Positions 6,479-15,228 of a stretch of DNA of 64,000 nucleotides are shown here, piece after piece. Source of the DNA: a virus; the IMG/VR virus record IMGVR_UViG_3300028800_000004, positions 1 through 64,000 of that record; one strand, written 5' to 3'. A model generated the notes under the pieces. It ran no database searches, was not told the DNA's origin, and worked only from the letters and a program-made list of their open reading frames with translations. The translations under genes were made by a program, and so were the position numbers. Every line of letters starts with the position of its first letter. Within the stretch, counting starts at the first letter, position 1.

Positions 6479-6662
6479 GATTGTGTACTACCGCTGGAAT
6501 GCCATGCTGGGTACTGACCAGAGTACCTTGAAGATTCGCAAGCCTGTATCCCTCCCATTCCCTTTGTCGGTGGAGTGGGAGAAGAAACAAGCAAGCACCT
6601 ATGTGTTTGAGAACACAGGGGTTATACGGTACAGGAGGATCAAACCCGATGGACTTTCGTAA
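6441..6662 (+). CDS. hypothetical protein (start uncertain)
   Basis: 73-aa ORF. Overlaps its neighbours. Confidence 0.3.
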   Translation: MVSRPGASVDTVKIVYYRWNAMLGTDQSTLKIRKPVSLPFPLSVEWEKKQASTYVFENTGVIRYRRIKPDGLS

Positions 6663-6858
6663 AGGTAAGAAGGGTGGATGGGTTATAATCCAGCGTCATG
6701 ACCCATACGAGGCGACGTTCTACTTCTTCGATGAGGAGAGCGTAGCCCGTAAGAACTACGAGGAGAAGCTGAACTACATGAAAGACCCGGATGGCCGGAC
6801 TCTCCTCCTGTGCTCCATTGCTGAAATGGTAGGTGATACGTCGTTCGACGATGAGTAG
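6649..6858 (+). CDS. hypothetical protein
   Basis: 69 aa from the ATG 10 nt after GGAGG. A terminator follows. Confidence 0.55.
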   Translation: MDFRKGKKGGWVIIQRHDPYEATFYFFDEESVARKNYEEKLNYMKDPDGRTLLLCSIAEMVGDTSFDDE

Positions 6859-6875
6859 TTGAGACGTTTTCATTG

Positions 6876-6904
6876 CCCCGTGGCTCCGGTCACGGGGTTT
6901 TTTG
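6876..6904 (+). terminator. rho-independent terminator
   Basis: CCCCGTG-GCTCCGGT-CACGGGG followed by TTTTTTG. Confidence 0.8.
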
Positions 6905-6973
6905 TGCTTATGTGCTGCTGGTATGCCGTTTTCCGGTTCCGGACGGCTGTGGAAAACTTGCCGCGCACCGTTA

Positions 6974-6987
6974 GAAAATCGATTTAC
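6974..6987. promoter_or_regulatory. operator-like palindrome GAAAATCGATTTAC
   Basis: Same family. Lies 19 nt upstream of the -35 at 7006, with TGTGGAAAAC at 6948-6957. Confidence 0.5.
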
Positions 6988-7005
6988 TTGCTGAAAAAAT
7001 TTTTG

Positions 7006-7034
7006 TTGACAAAGGCTTTTTTGCGGCGTATCGT
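7006..7034 (+). promoter_or_regulatory. sigma70-like early promoter
   Basis: AAAAAATTTTTG then TTGACA-N17-TATCGT. Confidence 0.65.
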
Positions 7035-7074
7035 CGGCTCAATCGCCCGATTCAGGGGCGACTACGGAGGAAGT

Positions 7075-7767
7075 ATGAGCACACTGCAATTGGTGAGCTT
7101 TGCCGATATAAACGAAGGTAGACGAGTGTTGGGAGAAAAGGCTTCCGCACTTGGATACCACAAACTGAAGCAGGCGACAGGGAGTAACCTGTTAACTACT
7201 CTACGAGACTTGGATATCCGTCCATTCACGTCGGGTAGTGTGGACACCTACAAGGCCAGCAAAGAGAAGATTGGTTGGTGGTCTGGTAAGGTGTGGGCTG
7301 TTCGCTTGCTCGTGCTGAGTTTCCTGTTGGCTCCCCTCATGGCCAAATCCATTCAATTGAGCGACTTAACCTACGACGCTGCACCCTTCTCCGGTCTTGC
7401 CTCCCATCACATCCTTGTGCCTCTGGGCATCACTCTCACCATTCTGACAGGCGTGGCCATCGTCCTGTGTCAGATAATTGGGTGGGTAATGCTGGTCGGC
7501 GAAGATTCACGAGGAAAACGATCCAAAATCTCTTGGCGTAGGTATACCATACAGGATTACCAAGGCACTATACCTGAGTTCGCCCTGAACAAGATGGTAC
7601 AGATTGCTGCGGCCTACCCCGAGGCCAGATTCCAAGTCGATCAACTCGAAAAACACACAGAGAACTGGATTGTGCGGGAGCCTGACCCCTTTCTAGTTGT
7701 TTACGCAGGCAACGAACAGTACTACATCGAAGTCTGGGATGAGAAGGAGTACGAGAAGACCCTGTAA
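7075..7767 (+). CDS. membrane protein; C-terminal domain shared with 27315..27902
   Basis: 230 aa from the ATG after GGAGGAAGT. Two hydrophobic segments. C-terminal IPEFAL..PEARF..DPFLVV..YYIEVWDE parallels IPLPVL..PEAHF..DPFLSV..YIVERWNE. Confidence 0.65.
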   Translation: MSTLQLVSFADINEGRRVLGEKASALGYHKLKQATGSNLLTTLRDLDIRPFTSGSVDTYKASKEKIGWWSGKVWAVRLLVLSFLLAPLMAKSIQLSDLTYDAAPFSGLASHHILVPLGITLTILTGVAIVLCQIIGWVMLVGEDSRGKRSKISWRRYTIQDYQGTIPEFALNKMVQIAAAYPEARFQVDQLEKHTENWIVREPDPFLVVYAGNEQYYIEVWDEKEYEKTL

Positions 7768-7818
7768 ACCCTCGTATTCCCCTGACTTAACGCAGTTAAC
7801 CAGAAGAAGGAGGAAAGA

Positions 7819-7998
7819 ATGGCAGAAATTACCAAAGGATCGGTGGTTATCGTCAAGAAGTTCATCGAGGCCGGTAGCACTAAATCGGCTGGGATGACAG
7901 AGATGAACGAGTTCTGGAAGTCTCTGACGGACGCCGAGAAGTTGCAGTTCACACTGGAAGCTGTGTCACTGATGCCTCAATTGGCTCCAGCGGCATAG
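7819..7998 (+). CDS. hypothetical small protein (59 aa)
   Basis: Below the track cutoff. AAGGAGGAAAGA precedes the ATG. Ends in TAG. Confidence 0.6.
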   Translation: MAEITKGSVVIVKKFIEAGSTKSAGMTEMNEFWKSLTDAEKLQFTLEAVSLMPQLAPAA

Positions 7999-8025
7999 TT
8001 TCAAGGCAGAGCTTAAGTGCTCTGT

Positions 8026-8090
8026 CTAGGATGCATCTTGGAGGGTGATAGTCCTTTAACCCTTGCTTGGTCAGACAAGGTGCATCCTAG
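8026..8090 (+). other. long imperfect hairpin (15-bp basal stem), candidate RNA processing or attenuation site
   Basis: CTAGGATGCATCTTG (8026-8040) pairs with CAAGGTGCATCCTAG (8076-8090). Inner AGGGT/ACCCT helix. Sits just before the RBS of 8111. Confidence 0.45.
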
Positions 8091-8110
8091 AGAGCGCAGT
8101 TAGGAGGAAT

Positions 8111-8386
8111 ATGGTTCCGGAGTTTTTAGCTGATTGTTTGGGTCATCTTCCGTACCACCAAATAGCGGAACTGACTATTTGGATGGACAAGCAGAAAGAC
8201 GTTAGACAGTCCATCGAACAGATCATAAGTGAAAGTCTCCCCACCGTGGAGGAAGAAATCCCAGAAACTAATCCTGCATGTCTCGGCAAGGGGAATAACA
8301 ACGTCGTAGATTGTACTTGCAAAACGATTTACCGACGACTAAGGAGGGCGAAGGATGGAAGTTCCGGTATTGAAAGAGTGGATTAA
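8111..8386 (+). CDS. hypothetical protein
   Basis: 91 aa from the ATG after TAGGAGGAAT. Confidence 0.6.
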   Translation: MVPEFLADCLGHLPYHQIAELTIWMDKQKDVRQSIEQIISESLPTVEEEIPETNPACLGKGNNNVVDCTCKTIYRRLRRAKDGSSGIERVD

Positions 8387-8753
8387 AGCCTTGCGGAGTG
8401 GAAATTACGCGCAAGGTAAGACCCGTCTTCATTCGGAGTCGGGAGGGAAGCATACCTATTGCTGTTTAGGTGTGCTCTGCGAGTTGGCCGTGAAGGAGAA
8501 AGTTATTCCTCCTCCGGATTCTCTGGCTATGGAGGTAGATGGGAAAACCATTACCGTCTACTATTACGGGGATGATAACTATGTCGATGCCAAGAACATT
8601 TGTATTCTTCCCCGTAAGGTGAGAAACTGGCTGACCGAGGGTCTCAGGTATGGGTATTTTCCCACCTCTGTACTCATTAACATGAACGACAGGACAGAGA
8701 ATCCTCAGTCGTTCGAACAGATTGCGGACTACTTGGAGAAAGAATGGAGCTAA
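8355..8753 (+). CDS. YCCLGVLCELA-motif family protein (paralog 1)
   Basis: W.KALRSGNYAQGK..L...YCCLGVLCELAVK, shared with 8744 and 14842. Confidence 0.7.
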   Translation: MEVPVLKEWIKALRSGNYAQGKTRLHSESGGKHTYCCLGVLCELAVKEKVIPPPDSLAMEVDGKTITVYYYGDDNYVDAKNICILPRKVRNWLTEGLRYGYFPTSVLINMNDRTENPQSFEQIADYLEKEWS

Positions 8754-9187
8754 CGACAGATTCCAGACCAGCAGAGATTGTTAAGGCGTGGGTAGCAGCG
8801 TTGCTATCCGGGGAGTACAAACAAGGGAAATTCTATCTTCGACATGAAGATAAGTACTGCTGCTTAGGCGTGCTGTGTGAGTTGGCAGTCAAAGCCGGGG
8901 TTATCGTGCCGGGGAAGCCTTCCCTCGGTAGCGCCGATAAAGTCACAGTGTATGTGGGGGAGACTAAAACCCTTCCACGCGAGGTGGCGTGGTGGGCGGG
9001 TGTTGGCGCAAACCCTCAAATGTCAAGCACGGGTCATACCTTGGGATACCTGAACGACAATGGCATGAAGTTTCCGGATATAGCAGAACTTATCCGGGCA
9101 AACCTCCATCCGGAACCGGAAAGTGTCTCTCAACCTGATGGGTTCGGTACTTACGACCCCAACGACAACGGAAATCAACCTATTTAG
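8744..9187 (+). CDS. YCCLGVLCELA-motif family protein (paralog 2)
   Basis: WVAALLSGEYKQGKFYL..KYCCLGVLCELAVKAG. Confidence 0.7.
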   Translation: MELTTDSRPAEIVKAWVAALLSGEYKQGKFYLRHEDKYCCLGVLCELAVKAGVIVPGKPSLGSADKVTVYVGETKTLPREVAWWAGVGANPQMSSTGHTLGYLNDNGMKFPDIAELIRANLHPEPESVSQPDGFGTYDPNDNGNQPI

Positions 9188-9195
9188 GAGGGGAA

Positions 9196-9636
9196 ATGGC
9201 AAACAAGAAGCAGTTGTTGAAACTCGCGGACTTTCTCGAAATAGTCCCGGCTAATAAGGTGTGCATGGGATCATGGGCAAACTTGGGCGACTTGGAGAAA
9301 GAATGTGCCACTCAGGAAGACATGCTACATACTTGCGGTACAACAGCGTGTCTTGCGGGATGGGCCGTTATAGCCAATGGTTACTGTGTTACTGAAAAGG
9401 CGAGAGCGGAGAAAAAGCAGATCAGGACTCTTGATATCGCGGACAGAGCCGCTAGACTACTCGGGTTGACATACGACCAGCAGCAGGCTCTGTTTTATAG
9501 GTCTGGCTGGCCGAAGGAATTCCAGTTCCAACTGGACTTTAGTTACGAACAAGGCAAAAAGCTGGCCATTAGTTACGAACAAGGCAAAAAGCTGGCCATT
9601 GCCCGTGTAAGGCACATGGCAGAGACGGGAGAGTGA
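9196..9636 (+). CDS. CGT..C.AGW-motif family protein (paralog A) with internal duplication
   Basis: LLKLADFLE...CGTTACLAGWAV. Contains a perfect 10-aa duplication, SYEQGKKLAI x2. Confidence 0.7.
   Translation: MANKKQLLKLADFLEIVPANKVCMGSWANLGDLEKECATQEDMLHTCGTTACLAGWAVIANGYCVTEKARAEKKQIRTLDIADRAARLLGLTYDQQQALFYRSGWPKEFQFQLDFSYEQGKKLAISYEQGKKLAIARVRHMAETGE
9541..9600 (+). repeat. perfect 30-bp tandem duplication inside the CDS
   Basis: AGTTACGAACAAGGCAAAAAGCTGGCCATT occurs twice back to back (9541-9570 and 9571-9600). Confidence 0.95.
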
Positions 9637-9768
9637 GTTGGGATGAGTCGGCGGCGGGAGTAGGGAAACCCGCCAAGAGTGTCTGCAATACCTTCGAAGG
9701 ACATACCAAACCGGGTGGAGTATGTTGGAATTGTAGGCACGAGTATCAAGAGCACAAGGAGGAGAACC

Positions 9769-10173
9769 ATGCTGAACAAAGAAGGAATTGACAAACTCGA
9801 AGCAATCATGCTGGCGAATGGTAAGTACTTCTACAACCAGCGGGTTTGGGCGTCAAAAACAGACTGTGGTACTCAGCTTTGTGCCGCAGGTTTTTCCCTT
9901 CTGATAGAGATGGGAGACGGAGCATTCCTTTATGCCTTGGACAGTTCCAGCAAGTCCTCTTTTGCGCGGCTTTGCATAGAGGCGGGTAAGAAACTTCTGG
10001 GAGTTACAACCTTCTCCCAACTGCCTCAAATTTTCGATGCTGTATCCCAATGGCCCGAAGATTTAGCACGGGCATACGACGCAGCGGATGCCAAGGGACA
10101 GATTGCGGTATACATCAACATGCTTCGTACCAGAACCAACGACAATGGTACGATAAATGAGTTGGAAGACTAA
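9769..10173 (+). CDS. CG...C.AG-motif family protein (paralog B)
   Basis: 134 aa from the ATG after AAGGAGGAGAACC. IDKLEAIML...CGTQLCAAGF. Confidence 0.65.
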   Translation: MLNKEGIDKLEAIMLANGKYFYNQRVWASKTDCGTQLCAAGFSLLIEMGDGAFLYALDSSSKSSFARLCIEAGKKLLGVTTFSQLPQIFDAVSQWPEDLARAYDAADAKGQIAVYINMLRTRTNDNGTINELED

Positions 10174-10433
10174 TGTCTCTATCCAGCGTCAAACGAAGGA
10201 TGCAGGTAGGACAGAAAATCCAGATGGTCAGTCATTCTTGGTACCCCGTTTTATCTGAGAGAGTTAGCGGGGTACGGGAAGTTGTTAAAGTGCAAACCAA
10301 CGGAGTGCAGTTCTCCGGTGGGAGTTGGCTTTACTGGCCTAGAGCAAGTTGGATTTACTCAAATGAGGAAGGATTCCGAATCTCCCTCACGGATGAAAGT
10401 TTCGACGAATCAATGACTTACGAATGGAGGTAA
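10173..10433 (+). CDS. hypothetical protein
   Basis: 86-aa ORF. ATG overlaps the previous stop. Confidence 0.6.
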   Translation: MSLSSVKRRMQVGQKIQMVSHSWYPVLSERVSGVREVVKVQTNGVQFSGGSWLYWPRASWIYSNEEGFRISLTDESFDESMTYEWR

Positions 10434-10434
10434 C

Positions 10435-10614
10435 ATGACCAGCGATACCCTGAGAAACACTGCCTTATTGGTGTTTTTCTTGTTCTTAATCGCTCAGTAC
10501 GTTCTTTTTATCGGCATTAGGCGAGAGCTTAATACCATAAGAGTGCCGTCTGAGAGACTTATCCATCCTTCGGATATACCTTGGAAGGATAACTACCACT
10601 ATCGCAGAGCATAG
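10435..10614 (+). CDS. small membrane protein (59 aa)
   Basis: GGAGGTAAC precedes the ATG. Hydrophobic LLVFFLFLIAQYVLFIGI segment. Confidence 0.5.
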   Translation: MTSDTLRNTALLVFFLFLIAQYVLFIGIRRELNTIRVPSERLIHPSDIPWKDNYHYRRA

Positions 10615-10616
10615 GA

Positions 10617-10970
10617 GTGGCTGTGGGACTCAAAAGAGTGATTGTGAAAAACATGAGTGCCGCCAAGGTGCAGGCGTTTATTAGGCGTCGTTCCGCTTGC
10701 TGGTCTGCAACGGAGTGGCAGAAAGGAAAGGACTTAAGAACCATTTGGCGCACATGCCCTAACCCCGGATGGCTGCTATGGTTCATCTTCGAAATGGCTG
10801 TGGATGGCGAACCCGCCGAACACGCAAAATGGGGAGGAGACGACAACTTCTATAAGTTTCGCAACGTATACTGGGACCTTGACTTAAGGAACAGCAACCC
10901 AAAGGTCCTTTTAACCTTCATCAAACGACACTACCAAGTGGAGGCAAAACGTGTCAAAGCTAAGAAATAG
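10617..10970 (+). CDS. hypothetical protein (GTG start region)
   Basis: 117-aa ORF. AGGAG just upstream. Exact start is ambiguous (10617, 10623 or 10653). Confidence 0.55.
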   Translation: MAVGLKRVIVKNMSAAKVQAFIRRRSACWSATEWQKGKDLRTIWRTCPNPGWLLWFIFEMAVDGEPAEHAKWGGDDNFYKFRNVYWDLDLRNSNPKVLLTFIKRHYQVEAKRVKAKK

Positions 10971-11211
10971 GCTTTGGTTTCTCGCCTTGTTGTTACTCCT
11001 GTTCTGTCTGACTGAAGCCATGCCGAGGGCAGAGCGGGGAAGCAGTAAGGATAAGATACAACTCATTTACCGCGAACAAGCTGACGGTAGATGGCAAGTA
11101 TCTGTTTATGGCACCGTCTGTGAGGATATGATGGTGATGCACCTCAAACAGCCAGATCAACCAGTGATCGAGCCTTTTGTTGTATCCTGCGATCACCCGA
11201 AGGAGAAGTGA
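10951..11211 (+). CDS. secreted small protein
   Basis: Signal-like LWFLALLLLLFCLTEA N-terminus. Confidence 0.6.
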   Translation: MSKLRNRLWFLALLLLLFCLTEAMPRAERGSSKDKIQLIYREQADGRWQVSVYGTVCEDMMVMHLKQPDQPVIEPFVVSCDHPKEK

Positions 11212-11375
11212 TGAAGAATATCACGTTACACGCTCACCACGAGTCGAACTCCCCGGTAGAGGTGGAGGACTACCGGGAGAGGAAAGAGGATATCAGAGAG
11301 AATAAGGCGAATTGGGAGCAACCCAAGTGTGGTTGGACTCCCAAAAACAATAACATCTTGCACTACAAGCTGTAG
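11211..11375 (+). CDS. hypothetical small protein (54 aa)
   Basis: ATG overlaps the previous stop (GTGATG). Fills the gap in operon register. Confidence 0.45.
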   Translation: MKNITLHAHHESNSPVEVEDYRERKEDIRENKANWEQPKCGWTPKNNNILHYKL

Positions 11376-11384
11376 GAGGAAGTA

Positions 11385-11765
11385 ATGAAGGAGAAGATGA
11401 ATGAAGCAATCGCATGGTTCCAAGGGTATGTCCAAGCCAAGGCGGAGAGTTTCGCTCACGGTGTCGGTGTCTCTCCAGACCTACTTACCGAAGGCTTGGG
11501 TAGGGTTGTTCAGTCCAGCAGGCAGCGGGTTAGCAATCGAGTGCCCGACATGCCAGAAACGCCCACCAAGATCAATCGAAAGCTCTTATCGAAGGCTACG
11601 GTGGATAGCCGCGCATCAAGCGGTGGTCCACGGTCAGTAAAGAGCATTCGTACCAGAAGCAAGCAGAGAGCTTTCTGGCAGAAGAAATTTCCAACTAAGG
11701 CGGCACGTTCGGCAGAAATGTCCCGACGCCGTGCCGTTGCTCAAGCCAAGAAGGAGGGGAAGTAA
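11385..11765 (+). CDS. basic hypothetical protein
   Basis: TAGGAGGAAGTA precedes the ATG. The C-terminal half is very Arg/Lys rich. Confidence 0.6.
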   Translation: MKEKMNEAIAWFQGYVQAKAESFAHGVGVSPDLLTEGLGRVVQSSRQRVSNRVPDMPETPTKINRKLLSKATVDSRASSGGPRSVKSIRTRSKQRAFWQKKFPTKAARSAEMSRRRAVAQAKKEGK

Positions 11766-11798
11766 TGACAAACCCTGATTTCCGGAACCGGAGGAACA

Positions 11799-11963
11799 AT
11801 GCTCGAACGGGTTTACCATGTGTTAATGGCTATGGGTGTAATAGCCGCACTCGATAACTTCAGCCACAACGCCTATCTTGATAGGACTGGTAGAGCAATC
11901 TTCCATCTTTTCGTGCTAGGCATGTTTGTATGGCTGACGTTGGAATGGGTGGTGAAGGGATGA
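11799..11963 (+). CDS. small membrane protein (54 aa)
   Basis: GGAGGAACA precedes the ATG. Two hydrophobic segments. Confidence 0.45.
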   Translation: MLERVYHVLMAMGVIAALDNFSHNAYLDRTGRAIFHLFVLGMFVWLTLEWVVKG

Positions 11964-12193
11964 TGAAGAATATCCTCATCATCGTCGTGGGGTTAGTGTT
12001 GGGAGCGGGGTTGGAGGAATTTTTCTTCTCTGCTAAATTCCATACTCAGGACCCACAAGCAGCGGCGGGGGAGTGGACAATCGCCGTACAACTTCCACCA
12101 TGCGATAACGGGTATGTTAGTTTCCATCTGCCTGAACGGAATGGGGACGTAGCTATCATTTATTGCGAACAATTCGCGGTAAAGGAGAAATAA
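11960..12193 (+). CDS. small protein with N-terminal TM/signal
   Basis: MMKNILIIVVGLVLGAGL. ATG overlaps the previous stop. Confidence 0.55.
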   Translation: MMKNILIIVVGLVLGAGLEEFFFSAKFHTQDPQAAAGEWTIAVQLPPCDNGYVSFHLPERNGDVAIIYCEQFAVKEK

Positions 12194-12420
12194 TGACGCA
12201 ACGACTTAAGAAGCGTGCTTACGTGGGGTTGCGAGACTCCCAGAGGGAGAAGTTTACCTCCCACCACATGCCAACCAAGCAGACCCATCCGCAGTACGAC
12301 GCTGTGGTAGGTCCATTCAGAACAGGGAGAGGAGCGGAGTATTTTGTCAACAACCCTCTTATCTCTAGCCGAGGGGAAGCCGAGAGGGAGGCTCTAAAAC
12401 TAGGTGAGCAACGTAGTTAG
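12193..12420 (+). CDS. hypothetical protein
   Basis: AAAGGAGAAATA precedes the ATG. 75 aa. Confidence 0.6.
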   Translation: MTQRLKKRAYVGLRDSQREKFTSHHMPTKQTHPQYDAVVGPFRTGRGAEYFVNNPLISSRGEAEREALKLGEQRS

Positions 12421-12504
12421 TTGGCTACAGGCTGGGGCGGTTGATGTAACCGTCCTACTCCTGTTTGGTGGAGTTTGCGTACTAATCAACTGTCGGAGGA
12501 GAAG

Positions 12505-12636
12505 ATGATGTGTCTCAAGTGCAAAGGAAAGGGATGGGTGTACCGGACAATCCGCAGACACGGTAAGAAGATACAAGTTACTGCTGTCTGCAAAGGCCCC
12601 AACTGTCGTCAAGGAGTACTCATTACTGACTCGTAG
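12505..12636 (+). CDS. small zinc-ribbon-like protein (43 aa)
   Basis: GGAGGAGAAG precedes the ATG. CLKC...CKGPNC pairs. Confidence 0.45.
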   Translation: MMCLKCKGKGWVYRTIRRHGKKIQVTAVCKGPNCRQGVLITDS

Positions 12637-12652
12637 TACGAAAAAAATTTTC

Positions 12653-12681
12653 TTGACTGTGGAAAACTTTTCGTGTATCGT
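12653..12681 (+). promoter_or_regulatory. sigma70-like early promoter
   Basis: AAAAAAATTTTC then TTGACT-N17-TATCGT. TGTGGAAAAC lies inside the spacer (12658-12667). Confidence 0.6.
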
Positions 12682-12698
12682 CGAATGAATGGAGGTTC

Positions 12699-12908
12699 GT
12701 GCTAATACCTGAGAGTGTTAAGTGTGATGTTTGCGAAATCTACCACGGAGAATCTAACGGATGGTTTACCGTCGTAATAGGAGGAGGAGTCCTTACCATC
12801 CTCGCCTACTCTGACGAATACAAAAACCGTCCCGCAGTTTGTGGAGAAAACTGTTTGCATCGTTTTCTCTCTCCCCACCTTAACCAACTACATCGAAAAG
12901 GAGAATAG
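12699..12908 (+). CDS. hypothetical Cys-rich protein
   Basis: 69 aa, GTG start after GGAGG. CDVC...CGENC. Confidence 0.5.
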   Translation: MLIPESVKCDVCEIYHGESNGWFTVVIGGGVLTILAYSDEYKNRPAVCGENCLHRFLSPHLNQLHRKGE

Positions 12909-12909
12909 G

Positions 12910-14430
12910 ATGACGACAGCAGTTGAGCATTTGAAGTCCTATGGGTTGAAATCTCTCCCCGGTTTTGCTTCTTCGGCAGAGAACATTCTGTCTGGTTGGA
13001 TAACAGGAAAGGATTTTTCCCCAAGAGCAGTAATTGGATTGTCCAGAGCGGGGCTGATGGGGTATATCATCACCAAGTATGTTCTGGGCCGACACGATTA
13101 CGGGATGGAGCCTAACGAGCTACAGTACGTCTGTAATTTTCTGTTAAGGAATTATCGAGTAAGGGATACCCCTGAATTTGAGAACTACACAGGCGACGAG
13201 GCACAGAACAAGCGCATTGATATGGCTTTGTCGCTGGTCGGGGGAATTCATCCAAATGGCACCGAATTCGGGCAAGGGGCGTGTAACAATTTCTTCTCGG
13301 GCCATGTAGATTTTAGCATTCCCAACGTCCTCCGGAAGACGAAAATTGCGATAATCGGGCATGGGGCTGCTGGCATCATACTCCAGAGAGCCTTAACCTT
13401 TCATGGTTTTAGCCCCATGATATTCGAGAAAGCACACTCGTTGGGGTTGTGGCAACAAGAGAACGTCTACAAGCGTTCTAGAAACAACCCTAAGGTGCTT
13501 AGCGTGTTAGGCAACACTCTCGACAAGGCTCCGGGGCCGGGGAATCACGTTAAGAATCTCTTGGAGAACCTAGCTCCCGGCATAAGTAAGTACAACGTCA
13601 AAGGTGTTAAAAAGTCTGGCGACGGGTATTTGGTGCATTACGACAACGAGTCTGTTTATGAGGCTAGCATCGTGATTAACTGTTCTGGGATTGGCACACC
13701 CAAATCCCCTCACGACCCGTTAAAAATGATTACCAATGCTACTGCGACTTCGTGCGGGGAGCGTTGGCAGCGGGAGCTTAAAGCCGGAGAGGAGCATCGA
13801 CAGATGTTTATATTCATCGGGCTAGGCAACTCCACAGCAGAAATGCTTCGTCAAATCCACGTCCTACAGGACAAAGGATCGGATTGCGATTACCGAATCC
13901 TTACTCATTACCCCGAGGAGAGCGTCCGGAACCCGAATGACACGATAACGACAAAACATGGCAAGTATCGTGTTTTCAGGGATTTAAGCCTCCCAAACCT
14001 CACCTCTTTCCAAGGTGATTTACCGGACTCTCGCTCTGACTACTATAGAGCTTTGAGAAACGGTAAGATTATCTCAGATGTAGTTCACTGGGATAAAAGT
14101 AGTACCGGTTGCGTCTTATACCAGACCCGCCCCCGTCGTATCTCCAAGTATATCAAGGCAGACAAGCTTTTCTGCCTGATTGGATACAGGAATTCGACTG
14201 TCAGTGCTCTCGGGGTCTCAAGTAGCTACTACGGCCCCGTCCTTGATTACGATGGGGAAGTTATCGACAGCGAAGGGGAGAGGTTGAAGGGTTACTACTG
14301 TTTTGGGGCCTGCGCTGCTTCTCGGGGGGATAAGAATGCGATTGTCCTGCCCGGTATGTTGTTCAGGCTGCATGACTTGGTTCCCTCCATCATCATGAGA
14401 GCAGCGGAGACTGTGCTGGATAGTTTATGA
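12910..14430 (+). CDS. FAD/NAD(P)-binding oxidoreductase (two-dinucleotide-fold flavoprotein) with about 170-aa N-terminal extension
   Basis: KIAIIGHGAAGIIL (GxGxxG) and a second fold FIFIGLGNSTAEML, the layout of flavin monooxygenases or pyridine-nucleotide oxidoreductases. AAGGAGAATAGG precedes the ATG. Confidence 0.65.
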   Translation: MTTAVEHLKSYGLKSLPGFASSAENILSGWITGKDFSPRAVIGLSRAGLMGYIITKYVLGRHDYGMEPNELQYVCNFLLRNYRVRDTPEFENYTGDEAQNKRIDMALSLVGGIHPNGTEFGQGACNNFFSGHVDFSIPNVLRKTKIAIIGHGAAGIILQRALTFHGFSPMIFEKAHSLGLWQQENVYKRSRNNPKVLSVLGNTLDKAPGPGNHVKNLLENLAPGISKYNVKGVKKSGDGYLVHYDNESVYEASIVINCSGIGTPKSPHDPLKMITNATATSCGERWQRELKAGEEHRQMFIFIGLGNSTAEMLRQIHVLQDKGSDCDYRILTHYPEESVRNPNDTITTKHGKYRVFRDLSLPNLTSFQGDLPDSRSDYYRALRNGKIISDVVHWDKSSTGCVLYQTRPRRISKYIKADKLFCLIGYRNSTVSALGVSSSYYGPVLDYDGEVIDSEGERLKGYYCFGACAASRGDKNAIVLPGMLFRLHDLVPSIIMRAAETVLDSL

Positions 14431-14582
14431 CAATCCGAGACGTTCTCTCGTTGTTTCGATACCATTTGTCCGACCTGCCGGAGAACTACGAACCGGCAGA
14501 TTGCGACGATAGTTGGGATACTGGTGCTTTTATAGTAACTGTATCCTTGGTCATTATCCTCGGTTTACTCAGCAGGAGGTAA
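14427..14582 (+). CDS. small C-terminally anchored membrane protein (51 aa)
   Basis: ATG overlaps the previous stop (ATGA). Hydrophobic AFIVTVSLVIILGLL segment. Confidence 0.4.
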   Translation: MTIRDVLSLFRYHLSDLPENYEPADCDDSWDTGAFIVTVSLVIILGLLSRR

Positions 14583-14726
14583 CTTGAAAAGCGTGGTTGT
14601 GTGGGTAGTGGGAACTGTCTTCACGGCAATCCTCTTGCCGTTCGCGGTAGTGCAGATTGTGGGTACGTTTGTATCTACTGGGCTTAACTGTGCGATGGAA
14701 GCGTTATGGGACTGGGAGGGGAAGTG
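14583..14726 (+). CDS. small membrane protein (47 aa, TTG start)
   Basis: AGGAGGTAAC directly precedes the TTG. VVVWVVGTVFTAILLPFAVV. Confidence 0.35.
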
Positions 14727-14841
14727 AAGGAGAGGAAGAAAACCTACGATGTGGGGCAGAGCCTCCTTCAAACGCTGTTAGGGCCGGATCATGTGTCCGC
14801 TCTGATAGCCCAAACCAAGGCTGACCTTGAAAGGATGAAAC

Positions 14842-15228
14842 ATGAAAACAGAAGTGGGCAAGAAGTGGGTGGAGGCACTACGAGGCGGGGAGTATTTACA
14901 GGGGATGAGAGCCTTGCGAATTGGAATGGGAACTCCCGAAAACCCTTTTAGGTACTGCTGTCTCGGGGTTCTGTGCGAGTTGGCTGTGAAGGCCGGGGCC
15001 ATTGCTCCTGCTACGTTTGATTCGGCTAGTAGTCAGGCCCGGTACGAAAACAATCCTAGCTACCTCCCCGACCAAGTAATGCAGTGGGCTGGGCTAGATG
15101 ACTCTAACCCCCTTGTCGGAGAGCGTTCCCTCAGTTATGCGAACGATAAAGACAAGGTGTCTTTCGATGGCATCGCGGATTTGATCGAGCAGCATCTAAT
15201 ACCGAAGGAGGAGAGTGTTGCCAAATGA
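14842..15228 (+). CDS. YCCLGVLCELA-motif family protein (paralog 3)
   Basis: WVEALRGGEYLQG...YCCLGVLCELAVKAG. Confidence 0.7.
   Translation: MKTEVGKKWVEALRGGEYLQGMRALRIGMGTPENPFRYCCLGVLCELAVKAGAIAPATFDSASSQARYENNPSYLPDQVMQWAGLDDSNPLVGERSLSYANDKDKVSFDGIADLIEQHLIPKEESVAK

Noticed and set aside
11211-11765. In-frame TAG between two ORFs (11373-11375) as a possible read-through or recoding site for the CUA tRNA
   Set aside because: The TAG is part of TAGGAGGAAGTAATG, a canonical RBS plus ATG for the downstream gene. In-frame placement has a one-in-three chance.
14706-14951. 81-aa ORF overlapping the start of 14842..15228 by 110 nt
   Set aside because: It has no convincing RBS. The downstream paralog-family gene has a clear start and homology from its first residues. 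Most of the ORF's tail is the alternate frame of that gene.
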